Positions 36,685 to 44,230 of a stretch of 64,000 nucleotides of DNA are shown in pieces. Numbering within the stretch: the stretch's first letter is position 1; each line of letters opens with the position of its first letter. The position numbers were made by a program, and so were the translations under genes. Source of the DNA: Bacillota bacterium (GTDB lineage Bacteria > Bacillota > Sulfobacillia > JAUYEG01); the NCBI GenBank assembly GCA_030691505.1, contig JAUYEG010000091.1:34552-98551 (forward strand), in the 5' to 3' direction. The notes beneath the pieces were generated by a model. That model searched no databases and had not been told where the DNA came from. It saw only the letters and a program-made list of their open reading frames with translations.

Positions 36685-37433
36685 TGATTAGAGGGCTGTA
36701 CACAGCCGCCTCGGGGATGCTCGTCGGGATGGCCCGCCAGGACGTATGGTCCAACAACCTGGCCAACGCCCAGACTCCGGGTTACCGGCAAGATGAGGTG
36801 GCCCTTAGGAGCTTTCCGGATGTTTTGTTGAAACGCTACGAGGCCGCCTCGCCCGCCGGAGTCATCCTCGGGCGCCTGGGATCGGGCGCCGACGTGGCCG
36901 AGGTCGTTGCGTGTTCGCTGCCTGGCCGCTACGTGCAGACGCAGAACCCGCTTGACCTGGCACTGGAGGGCGACGGCTACCTGGCCGTGGCAACCGCCGC
37001 CGGGACGCGGTACACGAGGCAGGGACGGTTGCACCTTGACGGCGATGGTTTCCTCTGCACGGCGACCGCCCACCGGGTGCTGGATCAGAGCGGAGTGCCT
37101 ATCCGGCTGGCAGGCGGCGAGGAACCGGTGATCGAGCCCGACGGCAGACTGATCGTGGCCGGGGAGAGCGCCGGTCAAATCGGCCTCTGGCGTATCGCAG
37201 GCGGCGTCAGCCCGCGCAAGGAGGGCCAGAACCTCTTCGCCGCCGGCGCGGTCGTGCCCGACGGGGGCATGACGCGCGTCCGCCAGAGCAGCGTGGAGCT
37301 CCCCAACCTGGACGCGATCGGCGCCATGACCGAGATGCTGTCGATCCTCCGCGCCTACGAGGCGAGCCAGAAGGCCCTGCAGGCCCAGGACGAGACGCTC
37401 GGCAAGGCCGTCAACGAAGTCGGGAGGGTTTAG
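36684..37433 (+). CDS. flgF: Flagellar basal-body rod protein (FlgF/FlhO-like)
   Basis: MIRGLYTAASGMLVGMARQDVWSNNLANAQTPGYRQD and C-terminal MTEMLSILRAYEASQKAL. Confidence 0.88.
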   Translation: MIRGLYTAASGMLVGMARQDVWSNNLANAQTPGYRQDEVALRSFPDVLLKRYEAASPAGVILGRLGSGADVAEVVACSLPGRYVQTQNPLDLALEGDGYLAVATAAGTRYTRQGRLHLDGDGFLCTATAHRVLDQSGVPIRLAGGEEPVIEPDGRLIVAGESAGQIGLWRIAGGVSPRKEGQNLFAAGAVVPDGGMTRVRQSSVELPNLDAIGAMTEMLSILRAYEASQKALQAQDETLGKAVNEVGRV

Positions 37434-37434
37434 G

Positions 37435-38220
37435 ATGATCAGATCGCTCTGGAATGCAGCCTCCGGGCTGCGCGCGGGACAGATCCGCGTTGACACCGTG
37501 GCCCACAACGTGGCCAACATCAACACCCCCGGTTACCGGCGGGCCCAGGTCGATTTCGCCGACCTCCTGTATGAAACCGCCGCGGGCGGGCGGCTGCTGC
37601 TCGGCAACGGGGTCAGGCCGATGGTGATGACCAACGACGCGTCGCCCGGGCCGCTCGAACAGACCGGCAACACTCTGGATCTGGCGATCGACGGACAGGG
37701 GTACTTTGTCGTCCAGGCCGGCGACGGGGCCCTGCGCTATACCCGCGACGGGTCCTTCAAGCTGGACGGCGAGGGGCGCATCGTCACATCCGCGGGACTG
37801 CTGCTCCGCCTTGACGGCCCGGATGGCGGTCTGGCGCGGATTCCTCCCGACGCGCGGGAACTAACCGTGGATAGCGGCGGGGCCGTAACGTGCGTGGCCG
37901 GGGACGGCGCTGAGCCCATCGTATTGGGCCGCATCCGGATTGCGTGTCCGCTTCCGGCCGCGTCAGGGCGTACGCCGGCGATGCTTCCGGTTGGCGGCAA
38001 CTTGTTCGTTCCCGCTGACGGAACCACGGTTGTGCTCCACGCGCCCGGTCAGAAGGGCTCCGGAGGCGTCCGGCAGGGATGGCTGGAACGCTCCAACGTC
38101 GTCCTGGCCGACGAGCTCGTGGAGTTGATCACCGCCCAGCGGGCGTTTGAACTCAACTCCCGGGCCGTCCAGACCGCGGACCAGATGCTGAGCCTTGCGA
38201 ACGGCATTCGCAGGGGCTAG
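37435..38220 (+). CDS. flgG: Flagellar distal rod protein (FlgG/FlhP-like)
   Basis: MIRSLWNAASGLRAGQIRVDTVAHNVANINTPGYRR and C-terminal LERSNVVLADELVELITAQRAFELNSRAVQTADQML. Confidence 0.9.
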   Translation: MIRSLWNAASGLRAGQIRVDTVAHNVANINTPGYRRAQVDFADLLYETAAGGRLLLGNGVRPMVMTNDASPGPLEQTGNTLDLAIDGQGYFVVQAGDGALRYTRDGSFKLDGEGRIVTSAGLLLRLDGPDGGLARIPPDARELTVDSGGAVTCVAGDGAEPIVLGRIRIACPLPAASGRTPAMLPVGGNLFVPADGTTVVLHAPGQKGSGGVRQGWLERSNVVLADELVELITAQRAFELNSRAVQTADQMLSLANGIRRG

Positions 38221-38239
38221 AGAGCGGAGGTAGATAATC

Positions 38240-38620
38240 GTGAGCATAGCGAACTGCCCCAACTGCGGTGCGCTCTTCGTGCCGGGCCCCAAGGGGGTCT
38301 GCCCGCGGTGCGCGCAGCTTGAGGAGGAGCAGTTTGAGCTGGTCAAGGCGTTTCTTCTGGCAAATCCGGACGCCGTGCTGGCGGGCGTGTCCGAGGCAAC
38401 CGGGGTCGAACAGCAGGCAGTGCTGAGATTCATCCGTTCATCGCGGCTGGTGGTGGGCCGGCCGCAGAGTTTCGGGCTGACTTGCGACCGTTGCGGCGAT
38501 CCCGTTTCAACCGGGCATCTCTGCCCGTCCTGCGCCAAGGAATTGGCACATCAGATCAAGGGACTCGACGCCCGGGGCCGCAACCGGATGCACAGCATCG
38601 AGATCAAACGCATGCATTAG
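38240..38620 (+). CDS. YvyF-family flagellar operon zinc-ribbon protein
   Basis: CPNCGALF...CPRC at the N-terminus and CDRCG...CPSC at the C-terminus. It sits immediately upstream of flgM, as yvyF does in B. subtilis. Confidence 0.75.
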   Translation: MSIANCPNCGALFVPGPKGVCPRCAQLEEEQFELVKAFLLANPDAVLAGVSEATGVEQQAVLRFIRSSRLVVGRPQSFGLTCDRCGDPVSTGHLCPSCAKELAHQIKGLDARGRNRMHSIEIKRMH

Positions 38621-38693
38621 CGTTCCCCCGTTCAGGCTGGGGGGCAAGGGTTCGATGATAACCACGATGGATTCCGGGTGGGGAGGTAGGCTG

Positions 38694-38987
38694 TTGCAGA
38701 TTTCACGCAGCCAGATCGATCAGGTGTTGCAGGCCCTGGCAGAAGCCGGGCATGGAGCCGGCAACTCCAAACCCAGACTGAAAGCGGTAAGGCCGGGCTC
38801 AAGCGAGGTCCTGTCCTCTCCAGACAAGACCGCCCAATTGTGCGAGATGATCGCCAGCCTGCCGGAGGTGCGCCCCGAACGCCTGGCCGAAATCGCGGCC
38901 TCGCTGAGGAGCGGCGAATACGATCCCACCGCGGTGGAGATCGCCGAGAAACTGCTGGGCCGGGCGCTGGCTGACCGCCTGAAGTGA
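38694..38987 (+). CDS. flgM: Anti-sigma-28 factor FlgM
   Basis: C-terminal EVRPERLAEIAASLRSGEYDPTAVEIAEKLLG is the FlgM signature. The TTG at 38694 lies 7 nt after GGGAGG. Confidence 0.85.
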   Translation: MQISRSQIDQVLQALAEAGHGAGNSKPRLKAVRPGSSEVLSSPDKTAQLCEMIASLPEVRPERLAEIAASLRSGEYDPTAVEIAEKLLGRALADRLK

Positions 38988-38988
38988 T

Positions 38989-39516
38989 GTGAACGCATTG
39001 AACGTGAGCGAAAGCCCGGGCGGACGCCATCAGCCCGTGCACGAAATAATCGAGGAGCAGGTAGATGCCTACCGGCGGCTGCTTGTCCTTGCCAAGGCCA
39101 AACAGGAGGCCCTCGTGTCCGGCGACGTCGCGGCGCTCGAGACCGCCGTCACCGGTGAAAAGGCCCTGCTGCGCACCCTGGGCTGGCTCGAGCTGCGCTA
39201 CTCCGAAGCCTGCGCCGCGCTGGGACGCGCGCACGGCCTGCGCCCAGGCGAGGTTCAGGACCTGCTCGGCGAGCTTCTCGACCGGCGCGAGGGATCGCTG
39301 GCCGCCGCAGGGCTCAAGGAGCTGGCCGACATCGCCGCCCAGCTGGCTTTCGTGATTCAGGCCAATAGCGAGTTAATACGGCGAGCTCGGGCGTACGTGG
39401 ATTTTTCCCTCGGTCAGCTGGGGCGCATGTCCTGTGGTCCGGTCTATGATCAGACCGGCGCCGTGCTGCCGCCGGTCAGGGACGCCGCCGCGGCAGGCGT
39501 CAGCAAGCGGGTGTAG
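38989..39516 (+). CDS. flgN: FlgN-family export chaperone (YvyG-like)
   Basis: Helical protein (EIIEEQVDAYRRLLVLAKAKQEALVSGDVAALE) between flgM and flgK. Confidence 0.65.
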   Translation: MNALNVSESPGGRHQPVHEIIEEQVDAYRRLLVLAKAKQEALVSGDVAALETAVTGEKALLRTLGWLELRYSEACAALGRAHGLRPGEVQDLLGELLDRREGSLAAAGLKELADIAAQLAFVIQANSELIRRARAYVDFSLGQLGRMSCGPVYDQTGAVLPPVRDAAAAGVSKRV

Positions 39517-39527
39517 GGGGTGACGGG

Positions 39528-40934
39528 ATGCGGACGACCTTTTCCGGCCTTGAGATAGCGAGCCGGGCCCTGGCATCGAGCCAGCGGGCGCTGGACGTGA
39601 CCGGCCACAACATCGCAAACGCCAACGCGATTGGCTACACGCGGCAGCGCGTCACGCTTGCGGCCACCGATCCCTACACGGTCGCGAGCACGGTGCGCGG
39701 GGCCCAGGCGGGGCAGGTGGGCACCGGCGTATGGGTGCTGGAGATCAAGCGGCTCCAAAACCTGCTGTTAGCCGGCCAGACCAGGAACCTCGCCGCCGAG
39801 GCCGCCGCAGCCGAATGCAGGCAGGAGGGGCTGTCGCGTCTTCAGGCGGTTATCAACGAACCCGGCGAGAACGGCCTTCATTCCCTGCTGGACGGGTTTT
39901 GGAATAGCTGGCAGGCGCTCAGCACCGATCCGGCCGATCTCGCCCTGCGAGCGGGCTGCCGCGCCGCGGCGACGAGCCTTTGCGATGGATTCCGGCGCAC
40001 GGCGACCCTGGTGCAGTCGATGCGCGACGGCGCCGATGAGGGCTTGCGCGCCGAAGTCCAGCTGGTCAACTCCTTGGCCCGCGAGATATCACTGATCAAT
40101 GACTCCATACGGCGCGCCACACAGATCGGCGACAATCCCAATGACCTTTTGGACCGCAGGGACGTGCTGCTGGCCGACCTCGCCAGGTCCGTGGACGTCC
40201 GCGTCCACGAGTACGGGGACGGATCGGTCGCGGTCACCATCGGTGGTTTTGAGCTGGTTCAGCAGTTCGGCTTCCAGGAGCTCGCGGTGAAGGTCGACCC
40301 TGTGAGCGGCCTCGTCCAGGCAGTCTGGGCCGACTGCGGCCTGCCGGTCCGCGTGAGCGGAGGCAAGCTGGCCGGGCTCCTCGAAATGCGAGACCAGGTC
40401 TACGGCCGCTTCCTCGCCGATCTCGACAGCATCACCGCAGCGTTGGCTGCGCGGGTCAACGAAGTGCACCGGACCGGGTACACGCTTGAGGGCCAGCCTG
40501 GCGGCGACTTCTTCGACCCATCCGCCACCGGGGCAATCAACCTGAGCCTGGCCCCCGGCATTCTGGACAACCTCCGGAACATCGCCACGTCGGGCGGCGG
40601 CGAGCCCGGCGACGGGAGTTGCGCACTGGCCATCTCGCGGATCCGTGCCGACGGCCTGGCCGGGCTTGGCGGCTACACCGTGGACGGTTTGTACCGCGGT
40701 CTGGTGGCTGACATCGGAGTCCGGGCCTTGGAGACCGACCGTCAACTGGAGACACTGGATCTTCTCGGCAGGCAGGTTGCGGCGCAGCTCGACCGGGAGG
40801 CCGGCGTCTCGATCGACGAAGAGCTGATCGATCTGATGAAACACCAGCATGCCTACAACGCCGCGGCCCGCGTGCTGTCGGCGATGGACGAAATGATCGC
40901 AACCCTGCTCGAGCGCTTGGGCGCGGGCAGGTAG
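39528..40934 (+). CDS. flgK: Hook-filament junction protein FlgK
   Basis: MRTTFSGLEIASRALASSQRALDVTGHNIANANAIGYTRQ and C-terminal VSIDEELIDLMKHQHAYNAAARVLSAMDEM. Confidence 0.93.
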   Translation: MRTTFSGLEIASRALASSQRALDVTGHNIANANAIGYTRQRVTLAATDPYTVASTVRGAQAGQVGTGVWVLEIKRLQNLLLAGQTRNLAAEAAAAECRQEGLSRLQAVINEPGENGLHSLLDGFWNSWQALSTDPADLALRAGCRAAATSLCDGFRRTATLVQSMRDGADEGLRAEVQLVNSLAREISLINDSIRRATQIGDNPNDLLDRRDVLLADLARSVDVRVHEYGDGSVAVTIGGFELVQQFGFQELAVKVDPVSGLVQAVWADCGLPVRVSGGKLAGLLEMRDQVYGRFLADLDSITAALAARVNEVHRTGYTLEGQPGGDFFDPSATGAINLSLAPGILDNLRNIATSGGGEPGDGSCALAISRIRADGLAGLGGYTVDGLYRGLVADIGVRALETDRQLETLDLLGRQVAAQLDREAGVSIDEELIDLMKHQHAYNAAARVLSAMDEMIATLLERLGAGR

Positions 40935-40950
40935 GGTGGGGGATGAGGCG

Positions 40951-41847
40951 ATGCGCGTGACCTGGAATTCGATGCTCGACAACATGCTTGCGGGTATGTC
41001 CGGGGCAGCTGGCAACGTGCAGAAGTATCAGACCCAGCTCGCCACGGGAAAGCGCGTCAACAAGCCCTCGGACGACCCCGCCGCCGTCATCCGGATTCTG
41101 GCGCTGCGCTCCGGCATCCGGCGCGCGGAGGGCTATCTGACCAGCATGGCCCAGGCGCAGGAGTGGCTTACAGTCACCGAGGCCGGTCTCAGCCGCGGCG
41201 CGGCAATCGTCGCCCAGGCCAAGGAGTGTGCCCAGCGGGGCGCCAGCGATGTGCTTACGCAGGCTGGTCGGGACATAATCGCCCGCGAACTGGACGAGTT
41301 GCTCTCGGAGTTGCTCGGGGTCAGCAATACCCGGCACGTGGACCGCTACGTGTTCGCGGGGGCCCGCAACAATGCGGCTCCCTTTGCCTTCCAAGGAGCC
41401 CCCCCTACCGGCTACACGTATTCTGGGGACGAAACGGCGCTGGGCTGGGAGGTGGAACCGGGGGCGGTTGTGAACGTGAACACCATCGGAGGAGCCGTGT
41501 TCGGAGGAGCCGACGGTGCCTTTGCGGCCCTGATCCGTGTTCGCGACGACCTGCGGGCCGGAGACGTGCCGTCGCTCGGTCAGCAGGATCTGGAGCTGCT
41601 GGACCGAGCACACGAGAGGCTTCTATCCGCCCAGGCGGACGTGGGCGCCCGGGCCAGAGGGCTCGATGCGAGCAAGGACACCCTCACGCGGTTGCGGCAA
41701 GAGTACCACTCCCTGCTCAGCGGGTACGAGGATGCCGACATGGCCGAGGCCATCATGCGGCTCCAGATCGCCGAAACGTCGTATGCCGCGGCGCAGGGAG
41801 CGACGGCGAGGATGATCCGTCCCACGCTTGTGGACCTGTTGAGGTAA
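40951..41847 (+). CDS. flgL: Hook-filament junction protein FlgL
   Basis: MRVTWNSMLDNMLAGMSGAAGNVQKYQTQLATGKRVNKPSDDPAA and C-terminal DADMAEAIMRLQIAETSYAAAQGATARM. Confidence 0.9.
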   Translation: MRVTWNSMLDNMLAGMSGAAGNVQKYQTQLATGKRVNKPSDDPAAVIRILALRSGIRRAEGYLTSMAQAQEWLTVTEAGLSRGAAIVAQAKECAQRGASDVLTQAGRDIIARELDELLSELLGVSNTRHVDRYVFAGARNNAAPFAFQGAPPTGYTYSGDETALGWEVEPGAVVNVNTIGGAVFGGADGAFAALIRVRDDLRAGDVPSLGQQDLELLDRAHERLLSAQADVGARARGLDASKDTLTRLRQEYHSLLSGYEDADMAEAIMRLQIAETSYAAAQGATARMIRPTLVDLLR

Positions 41848-41849
41848 AG

Positions 41850-42425
41850 ATGCCGCCGGGCGGCGACGGCCGCCGCTCGGGCCGGGGAGGTGCGCTATTG
41901 GGGACCCTTATTGATATTGAGCCCCTGGGCAGGGTTGAGATAGCTCAAGAGTCGGTTTTCGGCTTCGCCAACGGGCTCCCTGGCTTTCCCGCCGCCCGCC
42001 GGTTCGGGCTGGTGGCGAGGAAGCAGGACAGCCCCTTTGCCTGGATGGTGTCGCTGGACCAGCCCGATCTTGCGTTTGTGATTGTGAACCCCTTTGAGCT
42101 ATTTCCGTCCTACAGCCCCCGTCTTTCGCCGGAGGACCTGCACTGTCTGGGACTGGCGGAGCAGGGCGAGGCCGTTCTGTACGCCATCGTCAACGTACCC
42201 GACGACCCCAAGGAGATGACGCTCAACCTCAGGGCGCCGGTGGCCCTGAATCCGGCGCAGCGGGTCGGTCGCCAGGCGATTCTGGCGGGGCAGGAGTACT
42301 CGACTCGGCATCCCGTGCTGGGAGGAGACCCGGCGCCCAGGCCGCCCACGGACGAGCAGGCCGATGCCGAGAGCAACCAGACAAGCCAGGGAAGGCGTGA
42401 TGCCGGTGCTGGTACTGACGCGTAA
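41850..42425 (+). CDS. fliW: Flagellar assembly factor FliW (CsrA antagonist)
   Basis: LGRVEIAQESVFGFANGLPGFPAARRF...PFAWMVSLDQPDLAFVIVNPF...MTLNLRAPVALN. An alternative TTG start at 41898 (GGGGAGG 7 nt upstream) fits family length better. The C-terminal tail overlaps csrA by 26 nt. Confidence 0.85.
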   Translation: MPPGGDGRRSGRGGALLGTLIDIEPLGRVEIAQESVFGFANGLPGFPAARRFGLVARKQDSPFAWMVSLDQPDLAFVIVNPFELFPSYSPRLSPEDLHCLGLAEQGEAVLYAIVNVPDDPKEMTLNLRAPVALNPAQRVGRQAILAGQEYSTRHPVLGGDPAPRPPTDEQADAESNQTSQGRRDAGAGTDA

Positions 42426-42633
42426 GCGCAACCAGAGCATCATCATAGGCGACGAGGTCGAGGTCACCGTGCTGGAGGTGCGGGGCGACCAGGTAAGGCT
42501 GGGCATCAACGCCCCGCGCCGCGTTTCCGTCCACCGCCGGGAGGTTTATGACGAGATACAGCTGGCCAATCAGGAGGCCGCGAGGTCGCGCCGCGGGCTT
42601 GCCCGGGCGCTTGACTTCTTGAAGCGCAACTAG
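42400..42633 (+). CDS. csrA: Carbon storage regulator CsrA (flagellin translation repressor)
   Basis: MPVLVLTRKRNQSIIIGDEVEVTVLEVRGDQVRLGINAPRRVSVHRREVY. Confidence 0.93.
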   Translation: MPVLVLTRKRNQSIIIGDEVEVTVLEVRGDQVRLGINAPRRVSVHRREVYDEIQLANQEAARSRRGLARALDFLKRN

Positions 42634-42689
42634 CGGCAGTACTGTCTGCGACGCCAACCCGCCCTGGATTGGGCAGATGCTGAGTCCGA

Positions 42690-42718
42690 CCTGCTTCCGA
42701 TGGTGAGCAGGTTTTGTG
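42690..42718 (+). terminator. Rho-independent terminator after csrA
   Basis: CCTGCTTC-CGATGGT-GAGCAGG followed by TTTTGTG. Confidence 0.6.
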
Positions 42719-42843
42719 CCACACCTGCTCGGTATTGAGCAGGTCCGAGTCACCCTTGGTGTCCGAGTCAACCCTTAGCCATGCGACCCCCGCATGCTTA
42801 GCCGTACGACCCACCGCATCCCAAGCCGCAATGGCGAGCCCCT

Positions 42844-42871
42844 TAAGAATCCGGTTGGGGCCACCGATGCA
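42844..42871 (+). promoter_or_regulatory. Sigma-28 (FliA/SigD)-type promoter of the flagellin gene
   Basis: TAAG-N15-ACCGATGC against the consensus TAAA-N15-GCCGATAA, about 100 nt upstream of the flagellin ATG. Confidence 0.6.
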
Positions 42872-42924
42872 ATACGCAGGGTAGGCGGTCGGCCCGGCCG
42901 GCCGGAGGGTCAGAACGCCTGGAG

Positions 42925-42965
42925 GCACGGAAGCCTCAACCCAGGACAAACATCAAGGAGGATGA
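42925..42965 (+). promoter_or_regulatory. Candidate CsrA-binding GGA sites in the flagellin leader (one overlaps the SD)
   Basis: GGC-ACGGAA-GCC places a GGA in a hairpin loop, followed by CAGGACA and AAGGAGGATG (the SD). Confidence 0.45.
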
Positions 42966-42974
42966 ATCCACCAC

Positions 42975-44069
42975 ATGCGCATCAACCAGAACGTCGCCGC
43001 GTTCAACGCCTGGCGCAACCTCACTGTAACCGACTCGCAGATGAACAAGTCCCTTGAGAAACTGTCGTCCGGCTTGCGCGTCAACCGCGCCGCGGACGAC
43101 GCCGCCGGACTGGCCATCTCGGAGAAGATGCGCTCCCAGGTCCGGGGTCTGTTGCAGGCCAGCCGCAACGCCCAGGATGCAATCTCTCTGATCCAGACCG
43201 CAGAAGGCGCGCTGGTCGAGGTCCACAGCATCCTGCAGCGGATGCGCGAACTCGCGGTTGAGGCAGCCACGGACGGGCTGACCGATGCCGACCGCGCCAA
43301 GATCGTGACGGAGTTCACCCAGATCAAGGCGGAAATCGACCGCATTGCCGGGACGACCACATTTAACGGCGTGAACCTGCTCCAGGGCGGCTTGGGCTCA
43401 TCGGTCAGCGCGGTCGGCACGGGCCTCGTGCCATCGGCCGGTGTCGCCAACATCGTGTCCACCGGTGCAGCCGCGGACACCTACACGCTGAGCTTCGTGG
43501 CCCTTACCGGGGTCATGACCCTAACCGACGGAACGAACAGCCAGAACATCACCGTCACGGCACCCACAGGATTCAACACCACGACTATCGATTTCACAGC
43601 GTTTAACGTCCAGGTGACGGTCAACGCAAACCTCACGGCAAACATCGCAGCCAACAACACGTTTGACGTTTCGGCCGGCTCGGCCAGCGTGCTGGTCGGC
43701 GCCAATGCGGGCGACACAATATCCGTCACCGTTAGCGACATGCGGGTTGCAGCTCTGAGCATTACGGCCTCAGCCGTGGACACAGTGGCCAACGCGAGCA
43801 CAGCCCTGAGCGCTCTGGACGCTGCCATCGGCACAGTGTCAACCCAACGCGCCAACCTCGGCGCTTACCAGAACAGGCTGGAGCATACCATCGCCGGCCT
43901 GGGCGTCGCCGCGGAGAACCTGTCCGCAGCCGAATCGCGGATCCGCGACGTCGACATGGCCCTGGAAATGACCCAGTTCACCCGGCACCAGATCCTGATC
44001 CAGGCGGGCACGGCCATGCTGGCGCAGGCCAACATGAAGCCGCAGGCCGTCCTGCAGTTGCTGCAGTAG
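42975..44069 (+). CDS. fliC: Flagellin
   Basis: MRINQNVAAFNAWRNLTVTDSQMNKSLEKLSSGLRVNRAADDAAGLAISEKMR and C-terminal DMALEMTQFTRHQILIQAGTAMLAQANMKPQAVLQLLQ. Confidence 0.96.
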   Translation: MRINQNVAAFNAWRNLTVTDSQMNKSLEKLSSGLRVNRAADDAAGLAISEKMRSQVRGLLQASRNAQDAISLIQTAEGALVEVHSILQRMRELAVEAATDGLTDADRAKIVTEFTQIKAEIDRIAGTTTFNGVNLLQGGLGSSVSAVGTGLVPSAGVANIVSTGAAADTYTLSFVALTGVMTLTDGTNSQNITVTAPTGFNTTTIDFTAFNVQVTVNANLTANIAANNTFDVSAGSASVLVGANAGDTISVTVSDMRVAALSITASAVDTVANASTALSALDAAIGTVSTQRANLGAYQNRLEHTIAGLGVAAENLSAAESRIRDVDMALEMTQFTRHQILIQAGTAMLAQANMKPQAVLQLLQ

Positions 44070-44135
44070 CGGGCGGCGCCAGATCCGGGACCGGGGCCCC
44101 CGCCCCCCGGATGGCCTAAGACGAGACGACGTAGC

Positions 44136-44167
44136 GCGCGGGGCCGGCGGGTTCGCCGGCCCCGCGC
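44136..44167 (+). terminator. Very stable GC hairpin after the flagellin gene (no U-tract)
   Basis: 14-bp perfect stem GCGCGGGGCCGGCG-GGTT-CGCCGGCCCCGCGC. Confidence 0.4.
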
Positions 44168-44230
44168 AGCAAGCAGGGCGAGGCACAGGTGCGAGAGTGT
44201 AAGCCGGAAGCGGAGGAGGCGGGATGCGAG

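Noticed and set aside
41163-41849. N-terminal 229 codons of the 420-aa track ORF containing fliW
   Set aside because: This part overlaps flgL in another frame and is Arg/Gly-rich nonsense. FliW homology starts only after the flgL stop, where SD-preceded ATG (41850) and TTG (41898) starts occur.
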